Below, one piece after another: positions 18,843-32,000 of a DNA stretch of 32,000 bases. Position 1 is the stretch's first letter. Each line of letters begins with the position of its first letter. The stretch spans positions 120,001 to 152,000 of the forward strand of contig NZ_CP065581.1 of the NCBI RefSeq assembly GCF_018389705.1. Reading direction: 5' to 3'. This DNA comes from Mycoplasma mycoides subsp. capri. GTDB lineage: Bacteria; Bacillota_I; Bacilli_A; Mycoplasmatales; Mycoplasmataceae. Below the pieces are notes generated by a model that saw only the letters and a program-made list of their open reading frames with translations, was not told the origin of the DNA and searched no databases. The position numbers and the translations under genes were made by a program.

Positions 18843-20018
18843 ATGAGTTTTGACTATTTTTTAAATAATAAATCACTTAATAAAATTAATAGAAAACTTG
18901 AAAATAATATATTCAAAACCCCTTTGCCTTACTCGTTAAAATCTAAATTTAATTACAACTTCATAGATAAAATTTCAAAAGATCGGTTTTTAAGTTACTA
19001 TACTAAAGCTTTTTATGATGATTTTTTAGAATCTAGTGTTGAAAAGAAACTAAAAACATATGAATTAGCATTATTAGTAATGAATGAAACTAAAACAGAT
19101 TTGGATTTTTTATCTGTTTTAAAAATATTTAGAGATATTAAAAAAGGTAAGACTCCTACTAATTATTTAGAACGACTGATTTTTAATATTATTTATGCTT
19201 ATGAATATATTAAAAAACCTAAAGTTTTAATTAATGAAGAAAATTTAGAAATGTTAATTAGTATTTTATTAGTAGGTTTAGAATATGATCTTGATTTAAA
19301 AACTAATTATTATAGAACACCAAAAACTAAGACATTAATTTCTAATGTTTTATCTAATCAATTGATTAGTAAAGAATTAGAAAATTTATTAGACTATTTA
19401 AAATTTTTACAAGCAAATAACTTATGTACTTATAGTCAGACTTATTTAATATTTAGTACATTAGTTTTAATTTCACCTTTTCAAAAATATAATTTAATAT
19501 TTGCAACTTTATTAAGTCAGTGAATCTCATTTCAATATAATAATTCATACAAATTAGTAATTCCAATTTGTCATTTTTTAAAAAATCAAAATGAATATAT
19601 GTATGAATTAGAAAATCTTTTAAACAATGATTTTAATGCTGATAAATTAATTAATCTTTTTAATATTGATTATTTAAAAAATATTAATATGTACAATCAT
19701 GCAAGCTGTATTTATAAATGAGTTAAAAAAGATAAAAAAAGGTTGTTTATATTTGAAGATGATCTTAGTTTTTTTGTTTTAATTTTAATTTTACAAAATA
19801 CTAAAAACTTATCTTTTAATAACATTAAAACTTTATTAACAATTAATAAAATTAAGTTATTTACAGATGAACAAATTAAAAGCACATTAGCTAATTTGAT
19901 AGCTAATCAAGTGTTACAAACAACAAGTACTAGTGTTGTTAAATACGTATTAGTTGATAAATATTTAGAAAAATCTAAATATTTAGTTAATATGAAAGGA
20001 CTATACAATGGCTTATAA
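18843..20018 (+). CDS. Hypothetical protein, Fic-fold-like with a degenerate active-site motif and a possible C-terminal winged-helix region
   Basis: ATG 18843 with an AAGGA RBS (alternative in-frame TTG at 18816). ORF pieces 18816-19523 and 19743-20018 share a frame, joined by TGA(Trp). LISPFQKYNLIFATLL aligns with the Fic core IHPFxDGNGRxxRLL, and the downstream FLKNQNEYMYEL resembles the conserved Fic helix. The stop overlaps the rpoB start by 11 nt. Confidence 0.6.
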
Positions 20019-23000
20019 AATTAGAAAAATTAATCGTAATGTAGAACGTCGTGATTATACTAAAGTGTCAATGAACCTTTCTCTACCAAACTTAATTGGT
20101 ATTCAAACTGAAACTTTTGAATGATTTAAAACTAAAGGAATTCAAGAAGTTTTAGATGAATTTTTCCCAATTTTATCATTTGATGGATCAAGTGTTTTAA
20201 CTTTAGAAAACTGAGGGTTTAAAGAACCTAGATTAAGTGTAAGACAAGCTAGAGAAGAATCAAAAATTTATGATGCACCAATTTATGCTAATCTAAAATT
20301 ATCAGTTAATAAAACAGAAGAAATTCAAAAAGAATTTGATGGTGTTGTTTTAGATGATACTTTAAAAATTTTAACTAATTGATTAGAAGAAAAAACTGTA
20401 AGTAAGAACATAACTTTTAAACAACAATCTCAAAACTCATACTTTTTTGAATTAACTATTAAAAAATCAGATAAACCAGATCTAATTCAAATTGATATTA
20501 TTGAAGATAAAAAAACTTCATTGATTTGTAATGTTTCTATTTATAAATCAGGTGAAGTGTTTTTAGGTGATTTTCCATTAATGACAGAAGCTGGAACTTT
20601 TATTATTAATGGTTCTCAAAAAGTCATTGTATCTCAATTAGTAAGATCTCCAGGAGCTTATTTTAATAAAGAATTAAACCGTAAAACTGGTGAGATGATT
20701 TATTTTGCAGACATTATTCCAAGTAGAGGAACTTGATTAGAATATGAAACTGATTCTAAAAAAACTGGAGCTGATGCAATCAATCCTTTATATGTAAAAA
20801 TTGATAAATCAAGAAAAACTACAGCTACTTCTTTATTATTAGCTTTTGGTATTAGTAAAGATGATATTTTAGATATTTTTGATAATGATGAAGTACTAGT
20901 TGAAACTTTACAACAAGATTCAATTATTGGTGATTTTAAAATAGATTGATCAAATCAAGTCCAAGAAATTTATAAAAAAATTAGACAAGGTGAAACTGCA
21001 ACTAGTGAAGGTGCTTCTAAATTTATTAATAGTATTTTATTTGATAAAAGAAAATATGATTTAACTAAAGCTGGAAGATTTAAACTAAAACAAAAATTAT
21101 CAATTAAAAATAGAATTTTAAATAGAGTAATAGCAGAAGATGTTGTTGATGCTAATAATAATGTATTAATAGCTAAAGATACTGAAGTTAATAAACATAA
21201 TATTAAACAAATTAGTGAAATATTAGATCAAGATGTAATGAGTGTTGATCTAAATTATTTATCAGATATCCCAGGAACTAGAAAAGTTCAAAAAATTAAA
21301 GTTTATAAAGATAGTGAATTAAAAACTGATACTACTTGTTTAATTGGTTTAACTAGTTCATCTAATGAAGAATTTATAACTGTAGCTGATATTTTATCAA
21401 CTGTTTCTTATTTATTAAATTTAAAATATAACATTGGTGAAATTGATGATATTGATAATTTAGGAAACAGAAGAGTTAGAACTGTTGGTGAATTATTACA
21501 AAATCAATTTAGAATGGGATTAAACCGTATTGATAAAAATGTTAAAGAAAAATTAGCTACAAGTGATTTGTATAAAGTTAAAACTTCAACAATTATTAAT
21601 GCAAAACCTTTAACTGCAATTATTGGTGAATTTTTCAATTTATCACAATTATCTCAATTTATGGATCAAATTAACCCATTATCAGAATTAACTAATAAAC
21701 GTAGATTAACAGCTTTAGGACCTGGTGGTTTATCAAGAGATAGAGCTGGATTAGAAGTGCGTGACGTTCATCCTTCTCATTATGGAAGAATTTGTCCTAT
21801 TGAAACACCAGAAGGACCAAATATTGGATTAATTAATAACTTGTCAACTTATGCAAGAGTTAATGAATATGGATTTATTACAACTCCATATAGAAAAGTT
21901 ATTAATGGAATTATTCAAAATGATCAAGTTGAATATTTAACAGCTGATCAAGAAAAAAACTTTATTATTGCTCAATCTAATGTTAATCAAGATGAAAATG
22001 GAAAAATTTTAGATGAAATTATAGTTTCACGTTTTAATGGTGATGACTATATGGCTAAAGTTGAAGAAATTGATTATATTGATGTTTCTCCAAAACAAAT
22101 TGTTTCAGTTGCTACAAGTGGTATTCCATTTTTAGAAAATGATGATGCCAACCGTGCTTTAATGGGTGCTAACATGCAACGTCAAGCAGTACCTTTAATT
22201 AGACCAGAATCACCAATTGTTGCTACTGGTATTGAATTTGAAGCAGCACGTGATTCAGGTGAAGCTATTGTTGCAAAAGAAGATGCAATCGTTAAATATG
22301 TTGATTCAAAAACTATTATTACTGATGGAGAATCTGGAATTAGAACTTATATTCTATCAGATTATGAAAGATCAAATAATGGAACTTCATTAACTCAATC
22401 ACCAATTGTTAAAGTTGGAGATGTTGTTAAAAAAGGTGAAATTATTGCTGATGGTCCATCAATGGATCAAGGTGAATTAGCAATTGGTCAAAACGTGGTT
22501 GTTGCTTTTTCAACTTATAATGGATACAACTTTGAAGATGCTATTGTTATGAGTGAAAGAATTGTTATAGATGATCGTTTTACTTCAATTCATATTGATG
22601 AATATACTTTAGAAGTAAGAAATACAAAACAAGGTCAAGAAGAAGTAACTAGAGAAATTCCTAATATGTCAGAACAAGCTAAAAGACATTTAGATGCTGA
22701 AGGAATTGTAGCTATTGGTACTGAAGTTAAAGTTGGAGATGTTTTAGTTGGAAAAGTAACTCCAAAAGGACAAGTTCAACTTTCTCCAGAAGATAAATTA
22801 TTACATGCTATTTTTGGTGAAAAATCTAGAAATGTTAAAGATAATTCATTAAGAGTTCCAAATGGTGGAGAAGGAATTGTTCAATCAATTAAACGTTTTA
22901 AAGCAAAAAGTGCATTAAATCCTGATGGAATTGAATTACCAGCTGACATTATAGAAGTAATTAAAGTTTATGTTGTTCAAAAACGTAAAATCCAAGAAGG

Positions 23001-23883
23001 AGATAAAATGTCTGGTAGACATGGAAACAAAGGTATTATTTCAAGAATTTTACCTATTGAAGACATGCCACATTTAGAAGATGGAACACCAGTTGATATT
23101 ATCTTAAACCCACAAGGGGTTCCTTCACGTATGAACATTGGACAAATTTTAGAAATCCATTTAGGAATGGCTGCTAAAAAACTAAATCAAAAAGTTATTA
23201 CTCCTGTTTTTGAAGGATTAAATGAAAAAGAATTAGAAGAAATAATGGCTGAAGCTGGAATGACAAATTATGGTAAAGTTACTTTAATTGATGGTCAAAC
23301 TGGTGAACCATTTGATAAACCAATTGCTGTTGGAGTTATGTACATGTTAAAACTATCTCACATGGTTGATGATAAAATTCATGCACGTAATGTTGGTCCT
23401 TACTCATTAATTACTCAACAACCATTAGGAGGAAAAGCTCAAAATGGTGGTCAACGTTTTGGAGAAATGGAAGTTTGAGCTTTAGAAGCTTATGGAGCTG
23501 CTCATACACTACGTGAAATTCTAACAATTAAATCAGATGATATTAAAGGTCGTTCAAAAACTTATGAAGCAATTGTTAGATCAAAAAGAATTCCTGAACC
23601 TGGAATTCCAGAATCATTTAACGTGTTATCAAAAGAAATTATGGGTCTAGGATTTAATATGTATATGATTGATGAAACTGGTGAAAAATCAGTAATTAAT
23701 GCATATGATAAAAAAGACTTTGACGCAGATAATTATGAAGATGATGAAATTTTAGTAAAAACAGATACTTTATATATTGATGATGAAGATGTTGATGCTG
23801 AATTTGAAGATCTAACTTATGTTGATGAAAATGATATTTTAAGATCATTTGAATCAGAAAATGATATTGATGAAGAAGAATAA
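20008..23883 (+). CDS. rpoB: DNA-directed RNA polymerase subunit beta (1291 aa)
   Basis: ATG 20008 after an AAAGGA RBS. ORF pieces 20521-, 21238- and 23623-23883 share one frame. [53 protein letters not shown] and [10 protein letters not shown](TGA)[11 protein letters not shown]. Confidence 0.98.
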
Positions 23884-23894
23884 TTGGGGGAAAT

Positions 23895-27662
<3,768 letters not shown>

Positions 27663-27667
27663 TAATT

Positions 27668-27693
27668 AAATCTCATTTAAATGAGATTTTTTT
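27668..27693 (+). terminator. Rho-independent terminator after rpoC
   Basis: AAATCTCAT (27668-27676) / ATGAGATTT (27681-27689), loop TTAA, then a T-run. Confidence 0.65.
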
Positions 27694-27746
27694 ATTTTAA
27701 AAGATTAGTATAATTAATACATATATAAAAATGTTATTTAAAAATT

Positions 27747-29951
27747 ATGAAAAAGATTTTAAGTTTAATCAGTTTATTTAGTTTAATTACTAGTTCGTCT
27801 TTATTAGTTATTAGTTGTACTAATAACTATTCAAACACTAATAAAATTCCAACAATTCCAAACACTAATAAAAAACCTGGAATTAAACCAGAAATTCCAA
27901 ATCAAAGAATTCCAGAAAATGTACCAAATTCTAGTGACAATAAACCAGAAATTCCTAAAACACCTGATAACAATAATCTAGACCCTAATAATCAAAATAA
28001 TCACTCAAACGATCAATCAAATCCAAATTATACAATTCCAAATAATATAACTAAATTAGTTTATGAACCTAACAAGATTTATGAATCTGAAAAAAATCCT
28101 GAGTACTTTAAAGATTCTCACTTATTTAGTTCAGACTTTTTGTTAAACAATTCAGCTTATACAATTAGTAGATCTACAAATAAATTTCATACTGGTACAC
28201 ATAATATGAATGTGTTTTTAAAAACTGGTAACTATAATAATCCAGTTGATTTTAGAAGTATTTATAATTCAAATACTGATAATGAATTTTGAAAACATAC
28301 AAAAGATATTGGTTGGTATGGTGATTTTGGAAATTCAAAAGAAGAAAAAATTGATTTTTATAATGACAATATATCAGTTGATGGAATGGTAAAACAAGCA
28401 TATTTGAAAAACTTTGAAGAAAAAGAAATTGGTTCTAGTAAATTTTTAAACTTTGATTTTAATAGTTTTATTTTAAAAAATCCTTTTGGATTTTTACCAT
28501 CAAACTTAAGTCAGTTGTTTTATTATATGAATTTTGAATCGATTTCTAAATTGTTTAAGATAAATAATATTCTAAAAATAAGAGCTAATTTTGATGATGA
28601 AAAAGGTGAATTTGAAGTACTAATTACTGATAAAAACAACCAGAATTATTATCAAAAAATTGATCAATCTATCACTAATTCATTAAAGAAGAACTTAGAT
28701 TTTTATCAATATATTTATGATAGAAGCTTTTCTATTTTAGTTGGAGTAAACAAATGAGATAGAGATGAATTCAAACTTAGAGATGATATGCTTTCAAAAG
28801 GTTATCAAGGTGGAACTGCTTGAGTTTTAGATAGAATTATTAATGAACAAGCTGAAAAAGAAGGATATTGAGAGCTTTTATTAGCAACAAATATTCACGT
28901 ATTTAGTTTCAATAAAACTTTTGATAAATCACTTTATTTTGAAAAGAATAGTAAGAGAAAATATCATGATAGTTGAAAAGGTAGTTTTTTTGATTTTACA
29001 AACTACTCTGATTCTAAAAAAGCTGAATTTATGACAACAAGAGCAAAAGAAACATTATTAAAATCTAGTATTATTTCTGATGTTTCTGATTTTAAACCAA
29101 CTTTTAAAGCCGAAGAACAATATTTAACTGCCCCTTACTATACACTTCGTTATAAGGTCTCAGGATTTAAAACTGATACTCCATATGCAGGCTTAGTTAA
29201 TTTAGAAGATTTTAATGAAGCTACTAGAATTGGATCAACAAAAAATGGTGGAGCTGATTTTGTAATATTAAGATTAAAAATTAAAAAAGAAAAATTAGAA
29301 TACATATTACCTGAATTAAATAAAGTGATTGATAAACCTGAAGAAAAAAACTGGCACATAGGTTTAGGAAAAAATGAATTATTTACTCCATTAAAAACTC
29401 AATTTTATGCAGGTTATCCTTCTTTAAAGAGATATGCAGACTATAATGGGATTTATCAACCACTTTATGAATTTAAGGGTAATAAGTCAATTGGTGGAAT
29501 TATTAGTACTCAAAATAGATATGTTAATGAAGGTAATTTTCAAAGTTTATGAACTAAGTATGATGAAAAAGAAAATAAAGACTGAAATTCACATCATGAA
29601 AATTGAAAAAAGTATACTGAGCCATTTATAAAAGATCAACATGGAATGGTTAAAACTGTTTTAGCTCAACATTCATCTTTATTTACTAGAATAGAAAAAA
29701 ATGAAGATCATAAAGCTTTAGATGAAGGCTCATCTGGATCAATGGCTATTGATTCTTCATTTAATTTAATTGGTATTAATTATTTACTTACTAAAGATGA
29801 TAAACATAATACAATAACAAATGGAATTAGTTTAATGCAAGGTCAAAGTACTTATGAAAATGGATTTGATGGAAACATAAGAACTGATTTTATTAAAAAA
29901 TTAAAAAAAGATAACTTAACTACTATTAAATTAAATCCAAATAAAAAATAG
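27747..29951 (+). CDS. Lipoprotein with a mycoplasma DUF31-type (chymotrypsin-fold) putative serine peptidase domain (734 aa)
   Basis: Signal peptide plus lipobox MKKILSLISLFSLITSSSLLVIS-C. A Pro/Asn-rich linker follows. ORF pieces 27747, 28386, 29031 and 29646-29951 share one frame via TGA(Trp). GGTAWVLDRI, LLATNIHVF (His), GADFVILRL (Asp) and DEGSSGSMAID (Ser) form a protease-like triad pattern. Confidence 0.8.
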
Positions 29952-29959
29952 CTAAAACT

Positions 29960-30256
29960 CTAAAGTCCAGCTATTCCTGTATCTAGTACATAAACATTAT
30001 AATAACCAAGTTTGTTTAAGTGTCTAGCTGTTAAACCTGATCTGTTACCGTGATTACATACAAAAATTAGTTTAGTATCTAAATTAGGTCATCTCTTATT
30101 AACGTTATCTAAAACTTCTGGATAAGAGATATTAGTACTTGGTAAAAATTTTTCAAAATTTTCATATTCATACTTATCTCTAACATCAATTACTTGTCAA
30201 CCTTTATCCAATAATTCAAAAAATTTATCATTAGAAATTTCAATAGAATTTTTCAT
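29960..30256 (-). CDS. Single-domain rhodanese-like sulfurtransferase (98 aa)
   Basis: Reverse ATG 30256-30254, stop at 29962-29960. MKNSIEISNDKFFELLDKGWQVIDVRDKYEYE...LIFVCNHGNRSGLTARHL shows the rhodanese CxxxxR active-site loop. Two TGA(Trp) codons explain its absence from the ORF track. Confidence 0.75.
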
Positions 30257-30334
30257 TAAGCTCACCTAATAATATTTTACTTGCTAAAAATTCTTAAAAA
30301 TATTATTGTAAAATATTTTAAAAGAGAGGTTAGT

Positions 30335-30778
30335 ATGTCAAATCGAATTTATATAGGAAACGATCACAGTGCAGTTGAAATGAAACAAGCAATTGTAAAA
30401 CATTTACAAGAAAAAAACTATGAAGTAATTGATCTAGGAAATAATGATGGTAAATCTTGTAATTATGCAAAAATAGGTCAAGTTGTAGCTGAACATGTTG
30501 TAAATGATACTAATAGTAGAGGTATTGTAATTTGTGGAACTGGAATTGGTATTAGTATAGCTGCTAATAAAGTTAAAACCGCAAGAGCTGCTTTAGTTTA
30601 TGAAAAAGAAACAGCTGAACTAGCAAGAATTCATAATGATGCAAACATCTTAGCATTAGGAGCTAGAATTATAGCAATTTCAAAAGCTATTAATCTAGTT
30701 GATGTATTTTTAAATACACCATTTGAAGGTGGAAGACATATAGAAAGAGTTAATACTTTAAATGAATACAAAAATTAA
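30335..30778 (+). CDS. rpiB: Ribose-5-phosphate isomerase B (RpiB/LacA/LacB family)
   Basis: ATG 30335 after a GAGAGG RBS; the track's TTG at 30281 is less likely. [17 protein letters not shown]...[17 protein letters not shown]...[15 protein letters not shown]. Confidence 0.9.
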   Translation: MSNRIYIGNDHSAVEMKQAIVKHLQEKNYEVIDLGNNDGKSCNYAKIGQVVAEHVVNDTNSRGIVICGTGIGISIAANKVKTARAALVYEKETAELARIHNDANILALGARIIAISKAINLVDVFLNTPFEGGRHIERVNTLNEYKN

Positions 30779-32000
30779 TCCATTAATTAAAGAATCATTA
30801 AATAAAGAATTAAAAAGACAACAATCTCATATTGAATTAATTGCTTCTGAAAACTATGTTTCTCAAGCTGTTTTAGAATTAAATGGTTCTGTTTTAACTA
30901 ATAAATATGCTGAAGGCTATCCTGGTAAAAGATATTATGGTGGTTGTGAATTTATTGATGAAATTGAAAGTTTAGGAATTAAAACAGCTAAAGAATTATT
31001 TAATGCTGAGCATGCTAATATTCAACCTCATTCAGGAAGTCAAGCAAATGATGCTGCTTATAAAGCTTTATTAGAACCAAAAGATCGTGTTGTTGCTATG
31101 AGTTTAGATGCTGGTGGTCATTTAACTCATGGATATCATATTAACTTTTCAGGAAATACTTATGATTTTAGATTTTATGGAGTTAATAAAGATACTGAAC
31201 AATTAGATTATCAAGAAATTGAAAAAATTGTTTTAGAACATCAACCAAAATTAATTGTAGCTGGAGCTAGTGCTTATTCTAGAATTATCGATTTTAAAAA
31301 ATTTAAAGAAATTGCAGATAAAGTTGGAGCTTATTTAATGGTTGATATGGCTCATATTGCCGGACTAGTAGCTGCTGGAGTGCACCCAAATCCAATGGAA
31401 TATGCAGATATTGTAACAACAACTACTCATAAAACTTTAAGAGGAGCACGTGGTGGATTAATTTTATGTAAACAAGAGTTTGCAAAAAAAGTTGATTCAG
31501 CAGTATTTCCTGGTTCACAAGGTGGTCCTTTAGAAAATCTAATCGCTGGAAAAACTCAAGCTCTTTTAGAAGCTTCAACTGATGAATTTAAAGAATATGG
31601 AAAACAAATTGTAAAAAATACTAAAGCTTTAGCTAATGTTTTACAAGAAAATGGTTTAAGACTAGTTGCTGGTGGTAGTGATAATCACTTAATTAATGTT
31701 GATGTTAAGTCTACTTTACAAATTACAGGTAAAAAAGCTGAAAAGATTTTAGAATCAATTGGCATTATTTGTAATAAAAATATGATTCCATTTGATACTG
31801 AAAAACCTTTTTATACTTCTGGAATTAGACTTGGAACTCCTGCAATGACAACTAGAGGATTTAAAGAAGAAGAATTTAAACAAGTAGGATTAATTATTGT
31901 TAATGCTTTAAAAGATCCATCAGAAGAAAATTTAGAAAAACTAGCAAAGCAAGTTAATAGTTTATGTGAAAAATTCCCAATATATCAAAATATTAAATAC
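30762..32000 (+). CDS. glyA: Serine hydroxymethyltransferase (3' end at or just beyond the window edge)
   Basis: ATG 30762 overlaps the rpiB end by 17 nt. [47 protein letters not shown] and [14 protein letters not shown] (PLP-Lys region). The frame is open to position 32000. Confidence 0.95.
   Translation, partial: MNTKINPLIKESLNKELKRQQSHIELIASENYVSQAVLELNGSVLTNKYAEGYPGKRYYGGCEFIDEIESLGIKTAKELFNAEHANIQPHSGSQANDAAYKALLEPKDRVVAMSLDAGGHLTHGYHINFSGNTYDFRFYGVNKDTEQLDYQEIEKIVLEHQPKLIVAGASAYSRIIDFKKFKEIADKVGAYLMVDMAHIAGLVAAGVHPNPMEYADIVTTTTHKTLRGARGGLILCKQEFAKKVDSAVFPGSQGGPLENLIAGKTQALLEASTDEFKEYGKQIVKNTKALANVLQENGLRLVAGGSDNHLINVDVKSTLQITGKKAEKILESIGIICNKNMIPFDTEKPFYTSGIRLGTPAMTTRGFKEEEFKQVGLIIVNALKDPSEENLEKLAKQVNSLCEKFPIYQNIKY

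Noticed and set aside
23623-23883. Acidic D/E-rich C-terminal tail of RpoB as an unusual feature
   Set aside because: As far as I recall, Bacillus RpoB also ends in an acidic tail, so this is probably a normal Firmicutes/Mollicutes trait.
29150-29631. ORFs 29150-29359 (-) and 29434-29631 (+) inside the lipoprotein gene
   Set aside because: They are antisense or out of frame relative to the continuous code-4 lipoprotein frame and show low-complexity composition.

Overview
AT-rich (roughly 25% GC by eye) Mollicutes-type chromosome segment that must be read with genetic code 4 (TGA = Trp). The supplied standard-code ORF track splits almost every gene at in-frame TGA codons, and joining same-frame pieces restores full-length conserved proteins, e.g. 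the conserved RpoB motif GEMEV-W-ALEAYGA has its Trp at TGA 23476-23478. Gene order: secA (-), yigZ-like, 5'-3' exonuclease, then an ~11 kb accessory block, then a membrane GT2 glycan synthase, rplK-rplA, L10 leader-rplJ-rplL, a Fic-like hypothetical gene, rpoB-rpoC, a DUF31-type protease lipoprotein, a rhodanese gene (-), rpiB and glyA (3' partial). The accessory block (about 3.6-14.7 kb) is the most interesting part. It holds a complete Type I restriction-modification operon hsdM-hsdS-hsdR, followed on the opposite strand by a tyrosine recombinase and an inverted second hsdS-like locus made of two target-recognition-domain (TRD) cassettes. One cassette is a 455-bp perfect inverted copy of the TRD1 region of the expressed hsdS. 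Short conserved boxes flank every TRD in both orientations. This is the signature of an hsdS shufflon (phase-variable specificity), a class known from Mycoplasma pulmonis and Streptococcus pneumoniae. Three details stand out: hsdR and the recombinase lie inside the invertible segment; the recombinase gene is bracketed by 11-bp direct repeats that split a GC-rich hairpin; and next door is a GIY-YIG nuclease with tandem DUF4357-like modules interrupted by an A8 frameshift. No rRNA, tRNA or CRISPR array was seen. All homology calls come from motif recognition by eye, not database searches.
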